Origin: an uncultured Planctomycetota bacterium
Lineage (GTDB): Bacteria > Planctomycetota > Planctomycetia > Gemmatales > Gemmataceae
Direction: 5' to 3'
NCBI GenBank assembly: GCA_963849325.1
Contig: CAWKHF010000004.1
Span: forward strand, 256,001 to 320,000
DNA: 64,000 bases
Both the position numbers and the translations under genes were made by a program. Shown here in pieces: positions 45,017 through 56,219 of this stretch (positions within the stretch are counted from its first letter, which is position 1; each line of letters starts with the position of its first letter). The notes under the pieces were generated by a model that saw only the letters and a program-made list of their open reading frames with translations, ran no database searches and was not told the origin of the DNA.

Positions 45017-46363
45017 ATGCTCCGCCTCCGAGACCGCCTGAAATGCTCGCCCCCAAGCCGCCGGGTGTTGATCGTCGGCGTGTTGGCGCTCCTCGCCGGA
45101 GGCACCGTCTGGGGCTATCGCCGCATCGAGGCCCAGCGACATTGGCGGTTCGCTCGGGAAGCGCTGACGGCTCAGGACGTGGAACGAGCACGGCCGCACC
45201 TGGCCGCCTGCGTCCGCTACTGGCCGAACGATGCGGAAGTTCGCTTCTGGTCCGCCCGCGCCGCACGGCAGGCCGGCGACTATGAAGAAGCGGAAGAACA
45301 TCTGACCGCCTGCGAACAGTTGCGGCCATCCTCCCCCTCTTCGGATGTGGATGCCGACCTTGAGCGGCTGATGCTGCGCGCCGAGCTGGGCGACACCAAA
45401 GGGCTGGCCCGCGTCGCCGGCGATCTGGAGCAGTCGCGCCCCGCTTGGTTTTTGCTGGCACTGGAGGCTACCGCTCGCGGCCATTTTGCGACGATGCACT
45501 ACGCCGAGGCCGCCCGACTGGCGGACGTTCTCCTGCAACGCTCTCCCGCCCACGTTCAGGGGCTGCTTCTGCGGGCAGCTCTTTTCCACGAAGACTACCA
45601 GGAAGAGAAGGCCATCGAGTGCTGCCGGATGGCCCTGGTCAAGGTTCCGAATGCCATCGAACCACGGCTGCGAATGGGCAAGAGCTTGATGGCGCTGGGC
45701 CGGCAGCAGGAAACGATTCAACTCTACGAGACCCTGCGCTCGAAGCATCCCGAGCACCCGGAAGTCCTCTACCGTCTCGCCCAGTGCCGCCTAGACGCCC
45801 GGCAGACCGACGAGGCCGAAAGGCTCCTCGATCGTTTGATGACGGAGCGGCCGCGCCATGCCGGCGCCCTCGTCGAGCGGGGCCGGCTCGCCCTTCGCCA
45901 GGGCCGCGCGGAGGAGGCGGAGGTTTATCTGCGGTGCGCCCTCGACGCCGCGCCGACGCACGCCGAGGCGTGGGACGCGCTCGTGATGTGCCTGGAGGCA
46001 CGCGGAGAGCGGGCGGAGGCCGAGAAATGCCGAAGCCAGCGCGAGCAGTGGGAGGCCGAGTATGGCCGCGTGGCTCGGCGGAAACTCCGGGCCGAGCAGA
46101 ATCCCGGCGATACGGAAATGCTTCAAACCGTGGCCGACGAACTGATGCGCCTGGGCCGAGGAGAGGAAGCCCTGGCCTGGTATTTCGCCGTCTTGCAGCT
46201 CCAGCCGCGACAGGCCGCTGTCCATCGCGCCCTGGCCGAGTACTTCGCGCACAGCGGCCAGCCGCATCGGGCCGCGCACCATCGCCGGCAGGCGGAGACG
46301 GCCGACGAGGCGAGCAGGGTCGCGTCCGCGCCCCGCTTCTCTAGCCCCGGAGCCAGCGAATGA
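45017..46363 (+). CDS. Membrane-anchored TPR protein
   Basis: N-terminal TM, multiple TPR-like repeats; stop overlaps the next start. Confidence 0.75.
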   Translation: MLRLRDRLKCSPPSRRVLIVGVLALLAGGTVWGYRRIEAQRHWRFAREALTAQDVERARPHLAACVRYWPNDAEVRFWSARAARQAGDYEEAEEHLTACEQLRPSSPSSDVDADLERLMLRAELGDTKGLARVAGDLEQSRPAWFLLALEATARGHFATMHYAEAARLADVLLQRSPAHVQGLLLRAALFHEDYQEEKAIECCRMALVKVPNAIEPRLRMGKSLMALGRQQETIQLYETLRSKHPEHPEVLYRLAQCRLDARQTDEAERLLDRLMTERPRHAGALVERGRLALRQGRAEEAEVYLRCALDAAPTHAEAWDALVMCLEARGERAEAEKCRSQREQWEAEYGRVARRKLRAEQNPGDTEMLQTVADELMRLGRGEEALAWYFAVLQLQPRQAAVHRALAEYFAHSGQPHRAAHHRRQAETADEASRVASAPRFSSPGASE

Positions 46364-47928
46364 AGTACGTTCTCGGAATCCTTCTCCTTGCCCTTCTTTT
46401 GGGAGGGGGAATCATGCTCTGCTGGCGCGGCGGTGGAGAGACGACGGTTTCTCCGCCGTCTCTGGAGCCGCTGCCCGCCGCGGCCGACAGCGAGCAGGTC
46501 CATCAACTCTGTGCTGCCTGCCACGCCTATCCGCCGGCGGAGAGCTTCCCGCGCTCGGCCTGGCGCGAGGAGGTCCAGAGAGCGTATGGCTTCTTTCGCG
46601 CCTCCGATCTGCGTGCGGACTATCCCAGCATGGAGAGCGTGGTGCGCTATTACGAGGAACGCGCACCGCGTGAACTGCCGCCGTTGGACCGCGGCCCCGC
46701 GCCTGACCGTCCGCCCTCCGTACAACTCGAATCCTTCGGGCTGAGTACGCCCGGACGCTCCGGTCCTCCCGGCGTTACGAACGTTCAGCTGGCCCACCTG
46801 TCCGATCCGAAGAAACTCGACGTACTTGTCTGTCAGCGTCAACCCGGCGGCATCTGGGCCGTCAAGCTCGACGAAACGCCGCCCGCCTGGCGCCGGCTCG
46901 GACAGGTCATGGCCCCCGCCCACGTCGAGGCCATCGACCTCGACAACGATGGCCACAAAGATTTGCTCGTGGCCGACCTGGGCAACTTCTTCCCCACCGA
47001 TGACCGCGTCGGCCGCGTCGTCTGGCTGCGCAACGACGGCAAGGGCAACTTCAACGCCGTGACGCTCCTGGAAGGAGTGGGTCGGGTCGCCGACGTGCGC
47101 ACCGCCGACTTCAACGGCGACGGCAAGCTCGACCTGGTCGTCGCCGTCTTCGGCTGGCACCGCACAGGCGAGATCCTGTACCTGGAAAACCACACCACCG
47201 ACTGGTCGCGGCCGAACTTCACGCGCCAGGTGCTCGACCGCCGGCCCGGCGCCATCCACGTCCCCATCGGCGACATCGACGGCGACGGCAAACCCGATAT
47301 CGTCGCTCTCATGAGTCAGGAATTTGAAACAGTCGTCGCCTTGCTCAACCAGGGTGATGGCCGCTTCCAGGCGAAGATGATCTTCGAGGCCCCTCATCCC
47401 GCCTATGGCTCCAGCGGCATTCAACTCGTGGATCTCAACGGCGATGATCGGCTGGACGTGCTGTACAGCAACGGCGACATCCTGGACCGACCCTATCTTC
47501 TCAAGCCGTACCACGGCGTGCGTTGGTTGGAGAATCGCGGCCGGTTCCCGTTCGTCTCTCATCCCCTGGCCGGCCTGTACGGCGCCATGCGCACCGTCGC
47601 CGCCAACGTCGATGGCGATGGCGACCTCGACGTGCTGGCCGTCAGCTTCTTGCCGCCGGAATGGTTCCCGCAGCGAACGCAGGTGGGGGCCGAGAGCGTG
47701 CTGCTGTTGGAGCAGACGGCGCCCGGCAAGTTTCAGCGTCATGTTCTTGAGGTCGAGAACTGCGATCATCTGACCTGTGCCGCCGGCGACCTTTTCGGCG
47801 ATGGTCGGATTCATTTTGTGACCGGCAACTGCTTTCTGACGGCGGACTCCGCGCGCGGCGAAGCACTTACCCTGTGGAAGAACAAGGGACCACGAAAGAC
47901 CGGCACGCCCCCATCCGCGGATCGCTGA
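46360..47928 (+). CDS. c-type heme (CxxCH) plus FG-GAP/VCBS repeat protein
   Basis: CAACH; repeated DLDNDGHKD, DFNGDGKLD, DIDGDGKPD, DLNGDDRLD. Confidence 0.85.
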   Translation: MKYVLGILLLALLLGGGIMLCWRGGGETTVSPPSLEPLPAAADSEQVHQLCAACHAYPPAESFPRSAWREEVQRAYGFFRASDLRADYPSMESVVRYYEERAPRELPPLDRGPAPDRPPSVQLESFGLSTPGRSGPPGVTNVQLAHLSDPKKLDVLVCQRQPGGIWAVKLDETPPAWRRLGQVMAPAHVEAIDLDNDGHKDLLVADLGNFFPTDDRVGRVVWLRNDGKGNFNAVTLLEGVGRVADVRTADFNGDGKLDLVVAVFGWHRTGEILYLENHTTDWSRPNFTRQVLDRRPGAIHVPIGDIDGDGKPDIVALMSQEFETVVALLNQGDGRFQAKMIFEAPHPAYGSSGIQLVDLNGDDRLDVLYSNGDILDRPYLLKPYHGVRWLENRGRFPFVSHPLAGLYGAMRTVAANVDGDGDLDVLAVSFLPPEWFPQRTQVGAESVLLLEQTAPGKFQRHVLEVENCDHLTCAAGDLFGDGRIHFVTGNCFLTADSARGEALTLWKNKGPRKTGTPPSADR

Positions 47929-47962
47929 CCGCAAGCCGCGAAGCCGCAAGCGGCTTTTGAAA

Positions 47963-47992
47963 TTGCCTTCCCTCGCCTCCGTTTCATATAAT
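47963..47992 (+). promoter_or_regulatory. Probable metK promoter TTGCCT-N18-TATAAT
   Basis: Perfect -10 box about 55 bp upstream of the GTG start. Confidence 0.5.
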
Positions 47993-48045
47993 CCGCCAGG
48001 GGCCGAGACGGCCGGCATTACTCCCTCTTCCCGAGGAACTGAATC

Positions 48046-49311
48046 GTGACCGCGAACCGATACCTGTTCACCAGCGAATCCGTGTCCATGGGCCATCCCG
48101 ACAAGGTGGCCGATCAAATCAGCGATGCCATTCTCGACCACTGCCTGGCGGCCGATCCTCTCAGCCGCGTCGCCTGCGAAACCATGGTGACGACCGACCT
48201 CGCCATCGTCTCCGGCGAAATCACCACGCAGGCCAACCTCAGCCGTTCCGTTGTCGATCGGATCGTGCGCGACACGATCCGCGAGATCGGCTACGTCGAT
48301 CCGTCCATCGGCTTCGCGGCGGACACCTGCCAGGTGCAGTGCCATCTGCACAGCCAATCGCGCGACATCGCTTGCGGCGTGGACAACGGCGGGGCCGGCG
48401 ACCAGGGTATGATGTTCGGTTTCGCCTGCAACGAGACGCACACGTTCATGCCGCTGCCGATCTACCTGGCGCACCGCCTGGTCGAGAACCACGCTCGCCT
48501 GCGCCGCTCCGGCGAATTGCCGTTCGTCCGCCCCGACGCCAAGAGCCAGGTCACGGTCGAGTACAACGAGGACGGCTCCTTCCATCGCATCCATACCCTC
48601 GTCCTGTCCACGCAGCACGATGACAGCGTGGTGGTCCGGCGCGACGGCCGCGCTTCGTTCTCCGACGAGGCCCGCGAGGAAATTATTCGCAAGTTAATCA
48701 TCCCAACGTTGCAGGCGGAGAACAAGAAGCTGGTCAAGGACCGCGATCAGATCGAGCTGATCCCGCCGAGCGGTTCGCCGCGACGGCGCGACGACGAGGT
48801 GATCTACTGCCACGTCAATCCGACGGGCATCTTCCTGGAAGGCGGGCCGCACGGCGATTGTGGCCTGACTGGCCGCAAGATCATCGTCGATACCTATGGC
48901 GGCCGCGGCCGGCATGGCGGCGGCGCCTTCAGCGGCAAGGATCCGACCAAGGTGGATCGCTCGGCCGCCTACATGGGCCGTTACATCGCCAAGAACGTCG
49001 TCGCCGCCGGCCTGGCGACGCAGTGCGAGGTGCAGCTGTCCTACGCCATCGGCTATCCCGAGCCGCTCAACATCTGGGTCAGCACCTTCGGCACGGCGGC
49101 GCGCGGCCTAGCCGACACCGACATCGCCGAGTTGATCCGCACGCACTTCAAGCTGACGCCCGGCGGCATCATCGAGACGCTGGACCTACGCCGTCCGATC
49201 TACCGCGAGACGGCCCGTCACGGCCACTTCGGCCGCGAACTGGCCCCGTTCAGCTGGGAGAAGACCGACATGGCCGCCGTCCTGCGACGCGCGGTCGAGA
49301 AGGCGGCGTAA
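48046..49311 (+). CDS. metK: S-adenosylmethionine synthetase
   Basis: [49 protein letters not shown]. Confidence 0.97.
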   Translation: MTANRYLFTSESVSMGHPDKVADQISDAILDHCLAADPLSRVACETMVTTDLAIVSGEITTQANLSRSVVDRIVRDTIREIGYVDPSIGFAADTCQVQCHLHSQSRDIACGVDNGGAGDQGMMFGFACNETHTFMPLPIYLAHRLVENHARLRRSGELPFVRPDAKSQVTVEYNEDGSFHRIHTLVLSTQHDDSVVVRRDGRASFSDEAREEIIRKLIIPTLQAENKKLVKDRDQIELIPPSGSPRRRDDEVIYCHVNPTGIFLEGGPHGDCGLTGRKIIVDTYGGRGRHGGGAFSGKDPTKVDRSAAYMGRYIAKNVVAAGLATQCEVQLSYAIGYPEPLNIWVSTFGTAARGLADTDIAELIRTHFKLTPGGIIETLDLRRPIYRETARHGHFGRELAPFSWEKTDMAAVLRRAVEKAA

Positions 49312-49318
49312 TCAACAT

Positions 49319-49431
49319 AAGCCCGGAGCGCTAGCGACGGGTTGGCGCAACCCGTCGCTAGCGCTCCGGGCTTGTATGGCATCGTGGTTTGATACATCGG
49401 CGAGCGGGTCGCGTCTGCGACCCGCTCGCCG
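49319..49431. repeat. REP-like family D palindrome followed by a second hairpin (CGGCGAGCGGGTCGC/GCGACCCGCTCGCCG)
   Basis: Two adjacent inverted repeats downstream of metK. Confidence 0.75.
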
Positions 49432-49541
49432 CTTTTGCTTCCATGAATTGCTCCGCGCCATTCCATGACCTATCTTTTGGGACAAAGATCGTTCGTACAC
49501 CAGCGATCCTCGGTCTGGCTCCGTGGGGAGAAACGATTCGG

Positions 49542-51089
49542 ATGTCCCTGTCCTCCGCCTGCCTACCGGCAACGATGTCCGCGTCCGCCGCCCCGCCGAT
49601 CGTACCCAGCCAGTGCGATGAGGGCGTCGAGCGGATGATGGGCACCGTCCCGGCCCTGGTCATGGTGACGGCCCTTTATGCCATCCCTATCCTGGTGACG
49701 GTGCGGCCGGGCGTGCTCGACCCGGACATTTGGTGGCACCTGCGCGTCGGGCAGTGGGTCGCCGAACACGGCACGGTGCCGGCCACCGATCCCTTCTCGC
49801 GCTACGGCCTGGAGAAAAGCTGGGTCGCCTACAGCTGGCTCTTTGAAGTGCTGGTCTTCCGGCTGCACGAATGGTTCGGCCTTGCCGGCATCGTGGCCTA
49901 CCGGGTCGTTCTCTCGACGGCGATCGTGGTGATGCTGCATCGTCTGCTCCGCCGCTGCGAATCGCGCTTCCTCGTCGCCACCGGCTTGACGGCGGTCGCC
50001 GCCGTCGCCCTGGCGCCGATGTTCAGCGAACGGCCCTGGCTCTTCACGATCCTGTTCGCCATTCTTACGCTCGAAGCGATTCTCGATCTGCGCGCCCGTC
50101 GTTCCTCCAGACTGGTCTGGTTTCTGCCGCTTCTGTACGCGCTGTGGGCGAACCTGCACATTCAATTCGTTTACGGACTGCTTCTGCTGGGCCTGGCGTG
50201 TGTCGCGCCGGTACTCGACACTCTCCGATCTCACTGGCACGAAAAGGATCGTGGGCCGGAGTTCCCCTGGCGATTGGGTGTGCTCACGATCCTGTGTGCG
50301 CTGGCCACGCTGGTCAATCCGTACCACGTCCGGGTCTATGGAGTTGTGCTGGAGTACGCCGCGCAGCCGGGTCCGTTCTCGTGCGTCACCGAGCTGCGCA
50401 CTGCGGAATTCCGGGAAGTGCCCGACTGGGTCATGCTGTTGCTGGGAGCCTGCGCCGTATTCGCGCTGGGCCGGCGCCGGCGGTTGCGCTGTTTCGAGGT
50501 GCTGCTGCTGGCGTGTACGAGTGTCTTCGCCTTCCGCTCGCGGCGGGACTACTGGTTTCTTGTCCTCGCCGCCGTGGCCATCCTCGCCAACGGCGAAGGC
50601 CGGACGATCGCGGCGGCGTCGGCGCGCTTCGTCTTCACCCGGCGCCGCTGGGCCGTCGTGGCGTCGGCGCTGGCGGCGTCGATTGTGTTGGCCGCCTGGG
50701 CGCGCAACGTCTCGACCGAGAGCATGCGCGGGAAAGTAGCGGATGCGTTTCCCGTCAAGGCGGCGGAGGTGGTCGCCGTGCGCGGCTATGACGGGCCGCT
50801 GTACAACGATTTCAACTGGGGCGGCTTCCTGATCTGGCAGCTGCCGCGACTGCCGGTGCTCCTGGATGGACGCACCAACTTGCACGGCGACGAACGCATC
50901 CTGCGCATCGGCAATACCTGGGCGGCCGGTCCCGGCTGGCGCGACGATCCCGACCTCGCCGCCGCCGGCGTGATTGTCGCCGACACGCAAAGTCCTCTGG
51001 CGTGCGTTCTGGTCCTCGATGATCGCTTCCGACTGGTGTACGAAGACGCGGTGGCGCGCGTCTTTGTACGCGGAGGACAGGATCGCTGA
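49542..51089 (+). CDS. Multi-TM membrane protein, putative GT-C-like glycosyltransferase; start uncertain
   Basis: DPDIWWHLRVGQW, DPFS, WANLH, LVNPY, YNDFNWGGFLIW, DGRTNLHG. Confidence 0.65.
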   Translation: MSLSSACLPATMSASAAPPIVPSQCDEGVERMMGTVPALVMVTALYAIPILVTVRPGVLDPDIWWHLRVGQWVAEHGTVPATDPFSRYGLEKSWVAYSWLFEVLVFRLHEWFGLAGIVAYRVVLSTAIVVMLHRLLRRCESRFLVATGLTAVAAVALAPMFSERPWLFTILFAILTLEAILDLRARRSSRLVWFLPLLYALWANLHIQFVYGLLLLGLACVAPVLDTLRSHWHEKDRGPEFPWRLGVLTILCALATLVNPYHVRVYGVVLEYAAQPGPFSCVTELRTAEFREVPDWVMLLLGACAVFALGRRRRLRCFEVLLLACTSVFAFRSRRDYWFLVLAAVAILANGEGRTIAAASARFVFTRRRWAVVASALAASIVLAAWARNVSTESMRGKVADAFPVKAAEVVAVRGYDGPLYNDFNWGGFLIWQLPRLPVLLDGRTNLHGDERILRIGNTWAAGPGWRDDPDLAAAGVIVADTQSPLACVLVLDDRFRLVYEDAVARVFVRGGQDR

Positions 51090-51101
51090 GCCGATGGCGG
51101 G

Positions 51102-51299
51102 TTACAGGACGTGACAGGGGTGCGGCACCGACTCCGGAGCGTGCAGCCGCTTCTCGTGAATCTCTTGCCGGTCCACGACGACCGACGGCGGGGCCGTGAT
51201 GCCGAGGCGGATGCGATCGCCGCGCACCGACACCACGGTCAAACGAATGTTGCCGTCAATCACGATCTCCTCACCAGGACGACGGGTCAACACCAACAT
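51102..51299 (-). CDS. csrA: Carbon storage regulator
   Basis: MLVLTRRPGEEIVIDGNIRLTVVSVRGDRIRLGITAP..V.RQEI; RBS AAGGAGG. Confidence 0.93.
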   Translation of the reverse strand: MLVLTRRPGEEIVIDGNIRLTVVSVRGDRIRLGITAPPSVVVDRQEIHEKRLHAPESVPHPCHVL

Positions 51300-51442
51300 G
51301 ATTCCACCTCCTTGCAGATGAGTCCAGCCGTTCGGAGTTTTCGCCATCCCGTTGCGTGAGGAAAGTCGAGCCGGCCGGCGCTTCGTGTCCTTGCCTGGGG
51401 ACCACGTTGCGGGATGTGGTCCCGTTGTTTCCACGCCTCAAA

Positions 51443-51480
51443 CAAAAAAAGCCCCTTCCGCGCCGTTACGCGAAAGAGGC
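51443..51480 (-). terminator. Intrinsic terminator in the csrA leader
   Basis: Minus strand GCCTCTTTCGCG-TAACGG-CGCGGAAGGGGC-TTTTTTT. Confidence 0.8.
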
Positions 51481-51525
51481 TGCCATAGCCTGCTCAACCT
51501 GCCCCTCACGAGCAGGAGTGAATTT

Positions 51526-51554
51526 TTTGTACCCGAAAAGCTCCCCTCTGTCAA
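51526..51554 (-). promoter_or_regulatory. Sigma70 promoter TTGACA-N17-TACAAA facing csrA
   Basis: Perfect -35 with 17-bp spacing. Confidence 0.6.
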
Positions 51555-51684
51555 ACCGAATTTTTCTTCCCGCGCGGACGCACTCCTGCCGCCGAACGAG
51601 GCGGGAGTACAATGCTCCCACGTGCGCCGTCCTCGGACGCCTTGTTCGACCTCAACGAATCGATCGCCCAAAGGAGGGACCGGC

Positions 51685-52888
51685 ATGAAACGTCTCCGCT
51701 GTGCCGCCGCGCTGCTGTTTGTCCTGGCCGCCGTTGCCCCGCTGCGAACGGCCGAGAAGGAGGACGGCTTCGTGCCGATGTTCAACGGCAAGGATCTCGA
51801 CGGCTGGGTGAACGTCAACTGCGCTCCCGGCACCTTCTTCGTCAAGGGCGGGGAGATCATCACCACCGGTAAGCCGACCGGCTTTTTGCGCACCGCGAAG
51901 CAATACGAGAACTTCATCGCCGAGTTCGAGTGGATGCACGTCAACAAAAAGGAGGTCGGCAACTCCGGTTTCTTCGTCTGGGCCGACCCGCTGCCGGCGG
52001 TGGGTACGCCGTACACGCGCGGCATCGAGGTGCAGGTGCTGGTCAACCTCGAAAAGGAAGGCGCTTACACTAGCCACGGCGATCTGTTCAGCATCCACGG
52101 CGCCACCTGCAAGCCGGATCGGCCGCACCCGCAAGGCTGGTCGGCGCTGCCTGCCCAGCGAGAGGCGCTGCAAGGGCGGCGGCGAATGGAACCATTACAA
52201 GGTCATCGCCAGGGACGGCGTTCTCAAGCTGCACGTCAATGGCAAGGAGGTGTCCGGCCTCAGCGACTGCAAACCGCGCAAGGGGTATTTGGCCCTGGAG
52301 TCGGAGGGCGCGGAGTGCCACTTCCGCAATCTCCGGATCAAGGAATTGCCTTCCAGCAATCCAACGCCCGAGGAAACTACCGAGGTGGCGAAAGGGTTCC
52401 ACAAACTGTACACCGGCCTCGACCTGGCGGGATGGAAGGCAGACGCCGCGGTTGCGGAGCACTGGCGGCCGCGCAATGGCATCCTGCACGGCGATGGCAA
52501 GGGCGCGGCGCTGACCACCGACAAGGAATTCGGCGATGCGGAATTCCTCGTCGATTTTCGTTCGCCAAGGAAGGGCGCGGCGGCGCCCGGTGTCTTCCTC
52601 TTCCGCGGAAACGAGGAAAAGGGAGTGCGGTTGTCGCTAACCAACGGCAAGGTCATCGTGCGTTCGCCGGGGGGAGAGGCAACGCCGGAGATCTCCGCTC
52701 TCAAGCCTGCCGGGCAGTGGAACCGGCTGCGCGTCTCCCTGAAGGACAACGCGATCCGCGTGGCGATCAACGGCAAGGACGCCGCGGAAGCGACGGTCGC
52801 CGACGTGTCGTCGAGAGGGACGTTTGCGCTCCGCCCCGAGGGGGAGATGGATTTCATGAACCTGTTTGTTCGGGAATTGGGGAAATAA
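51685..52888 (+). CDS. Secreted tandem DUF1080 (3-keto-disaccharide hydrolase-like) protein, frameshifted near 52145
   Basis: FVPMFNGKDLDGW, GNSGFF, EVQVL, LESEG..FRNLRIKEL, second degenerate copy. Confidence 0.85.
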
Positions 52889-52905
52889 CTCGGGAGAGAA
52901 CAAAC

Positions 52906-54761
52906 ATGGATGTGCGGCGGTGCGGGGTGATGGGGCTGTCGGACGGGTCGGTTCTCTGGCGAGTGTGGGCGTCGCGCGTCGGGCGAGTGGACCTGGTGCT
53001 CCTCGACGGTGCGCAGCGCCGCACTTATCCGATGCAGGCGGAAGAGCATGGCTTCTTTCATTGCAGCTTGCCGGACGTGCGCGAGGGACAGCGCTACGCC
53101 TATCGGCTGAACAATGGGCCAGAGCGTCCTGACCCTCGTTCGTTGTGGCAGCCGGAGGGCGTTCACAACCCGTCGGCCGTCGTCCGTCCCGAGCGCTTCG
53201 CCTGGACCGACCACGGTTGGAAGGGCGTGCCGCGCGAAGACCTGGTGTTCTACGAGCTGCACGTCGGCACCTTCACTGCGGAGGGCACCTTCGCGTCCGT
53301 CATCCCGCGTTTACCTCAGTTGCGTGAACTGGGCGTGACGGCCGTGGAACTGATGCCGGTCGCGCAGTTTCCCGGCAGCCGCAATTGGGGCTACGATGGC
53401 GTCCATCTGTACGCGGCGCAGAACAGCTATGGCGGACCCTACGGTCTGCAACGGCTGGTGGACGCTTGCCACGCGGCCGGGCTGGCGGTCTTCCTCGACG
53501 TGGTGTACAACCATCTCGGGCCGGAGGGCAACTATCTCGCCGAGTTCGGAACGTACTTCACCGAACGCTATCACACCTCCTGGGGCTCCGCCCTCAACCT
53601 CGATGGACCCGGCTCCGACCCCGTGCGCGACTTCCTCCTCGATAACGTCCGTCTCTGGATCGAAGATTTTCACTTCGACGGCCTGCGCCTGGACGCCGTC
53701 CACGCCATTTTCGATTCGCGTCCGCGCCACATCCTCCGCGAGATCAAGGAGGTCGCGGACGCCGCGGCGCGTCCAGGACAACGCATTCACATCATCGCGG
53801 AGAGCCTGGTGAACGACGTGCGCATGGTGCGGGCGCCCGAGGGCGGCGGCCACGGTCTCGACGCCGAATGGAACGAGGATTTTCACCACGCGCTGCACGC
53901 TTACCTCAGCGGCGAGCGGCACGGCAAATATGGCGACTTCGGCGCCACCTCATGCTTGTCGCGCGTGCTGGAGCACACCTTCCACCTCAACGGGATTTAC
54001 AGCGTCCACCGCGGCCGGCGCTGGGCGCCCCCGACGAGGGGCTGCCGGGCGATCGCTTCGTCATCGGTATCCAGAACCACGACCACGTCGGCAACCGGCC
54101 GCGCGGCGACCGGCTGGCGGCGCTGGTTGGCCCGGCGCAGCAGCGCCTGTCCGCCGCCCTGATGCTGCTGTCGCCGTACCTGCCGCTGTTGTTCATGGGC
54201 GAGGAGTACGGCGAGACGAACCCCTTTCCCTTCTTCTGCTCGTTCCACAACGGCCCGTTGATCGAGAATGTCCGCCGCGGACGCCGGCGCGATTACGGCT
54301 TCGCGGCGGGGGCGGAGATGGCCGACCCGCAGGCCGAAGCGACGTTCGCCGCCGCGCGCTTGAGCTGGTCGTGGCCGGAGAATTCGCTTCGGGCCGGACT
54401 GCGTCGTCTGTACCACGATTTGCTGGCGGCGCGACGGCGTTGGCCGGCCCTGCGCGACTTCACGCACCGCAGCGTTCGCCTACTGCCGGACGAGAACGCG
54501 GCGGCCGTCCTGCATCTGGTGCGCGGCATCGGCGGCGCGGCGGCGGAGCTTCACGCCTACTTCAACTTGACGGAACAGCCCCAGCCGTTGCCGAATGCGA
54601 TGGGTGAGGAGAGGAGTTTGTTATTCAGCTCGGAGGCGGAGCGCTATCACGGCAGCCGGACGAACGCGATGGTCCCGAAGCAGCTGAAACCTTATGAATG
54701 TGTCGCGCTTGGGCCGGCCGCGTGGGGGATGCCGATTGTCGAAGAACAACATCTCGTTTAG
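52906..54761 (+). CDS. treZ: Malto-oligosyltrehalose trehalohydrolase (GH13), frameshifted near 54030
   Basis: [56 protein letters not shown]. Confidence 0.92.
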
Positions 54762-54823
54762 CCGCGACGCGCAGCAGAGCGCGGGAGCCTCCCGCGCTCC
54801 GCTGCGCGTCGCGGCTAAACGAG
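54753..54823. repeat. REP-like palindrome, family A
   Basis: Inverted repeat; supplies the treZ stop codon. Confidence 0.85.
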
Positions 54824-54857
54824 TAACTTGTTTTTCTCCAAACCCAAACCATGCGCG

Positions 54858-56181
54858 TTAGGTCAACTTCGGCAGCACGCCGCCGCCGCAGAAGTCCGGG
54901 TTGCCGAAGCGCTCGATGCGATGGCCCATGCCGTGCGCCAGCGACAGCAGCAGCCGATTGTGCGGCAGCTTGCGGATACTTGATCGAGCGGCCCATGCGG
55001 AAATCCAGGCCGTTGCCGACCAGCACGAACGGGATGTTGTCGAGCGTGTGCGAATTGCCCTTGCCCAGCTCGTTGGTCCAGACCAGCAGCGTGTTGTCGA
55101 GCAGGCTGCCGCCGCCGCCCGGCTCCGGCGTCTCGGCCAAGCGCTTCGCCAGGTAGGCCAACTGCTCGCAATACCACTTGTTGATCTGCGTCAGCTTGTC
55201 CTGGGCGACCTTGTCGCTGTCGGGGCTGTGCGACAGTTCGTGATGGCCCTCGTTGATCTTCAGCCAGCGCATCCGCGCCTGACCGACCGAGTTGGTGAAT
55301 TGCAGCGTCGCCACGCGGGCGAAGTCGGCGGCGAAGCTGTTGACCATCAGGTCGATCTGCATCTTGCTGATGCGCGGGATGTTGTCGTTCTCCTTCTTCA
55401 CGCCCGGTTCCAGCTCGGGAACGGCGTGACCGACGTCCTGGTTCTTGCTCGCCTTCAGCTCCTGCTCCATCTCGCGGACGAACGTGGCGTGTTCGTCCAG
55501 CAGTCGGCGATCCTCGGCGCTGACGGCGGAGCTGACCTTCCGCAGGTCGTCCTGCAGGTCGTCGAGAATGCTCTTCAGGCTCTCCTGGTCCTTGACCCGG
55601 CCGTACAGCTTGGCGAACATCTGGTAGGGATCGTCGATCGGCGCGATCGGCTTGTTCGGCCCGGCGTAGACCATGCGCGTCCAGGTGTCGGCGCGATCGG
55701 GCACCATCACGCCGAACTCCAGCGAGCCGAAGCGCGTGCGCGTCGCCGGGTTGGCCTGCAGATGGTTCTTGATCTCCTGGTCGATGGAGAGACCGCTGGC
55801 CCAGCCGGCCGGCGTGTGCGAGCCGCCCTGGATGTTGCCGGGGAACAGCTCGATGCCGGTCAGCAGGCAGCCGATGCCGCGCATGTGGTTGTCGCCGTCG
55901 CCGCGGACCTTGTCGCAGACGCCGTGCAGGATCAGCGTGCGGTCCTTGAACGGCTCCAGCGGCTTGAGGCTGTCCTTGAGCGTCGTCAACGTTCCCTTCC
56001 TCGTCGGGCCAGAAGGCGGAGGGCACGACGCCGTTGGGGCTGAACAGGACGACCAGCCGCTGTTTGCGCCGCTGTTGGTTGGCGAAGCCGAGGCTGGGCA
56101 GGTTCAGGATGAACGGCAGGGCCGCCGCGCCGATCCCCAGGTCGCGGATGAACTCGCGTCGCGTGCTTGTTGCACGGTCAC
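54858..56181 (-). CDS. DUF1552 family protein with Tat-like signal; frameshifted
   Basis: RREFIRDLG signal, [37 protein letters not shown]...GNSH. Confidence 0.8.
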
Positions 56182-56219
56182 GTCACTCCTCCGGAATACG
56201 TCAGGTCTACCGTATGTCA

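Noticed and set aside
47993-48045. SAM riboswitch upstream of metK
   Set aside because: The leader is only about 50 nt and I cannot see a SAM-I/II/III/V consensus; an Rfam scan would settle it.
51352-54162. 936-aa ORF suggesting a DUF1080-TreZ fusion
   Set aside because: A frameshift near 52145 bridges the genes through an out-of-frame stretch. The DUF1080 gene has its own stop at 52888, and treZ has its own RBS and ATG at 52906.
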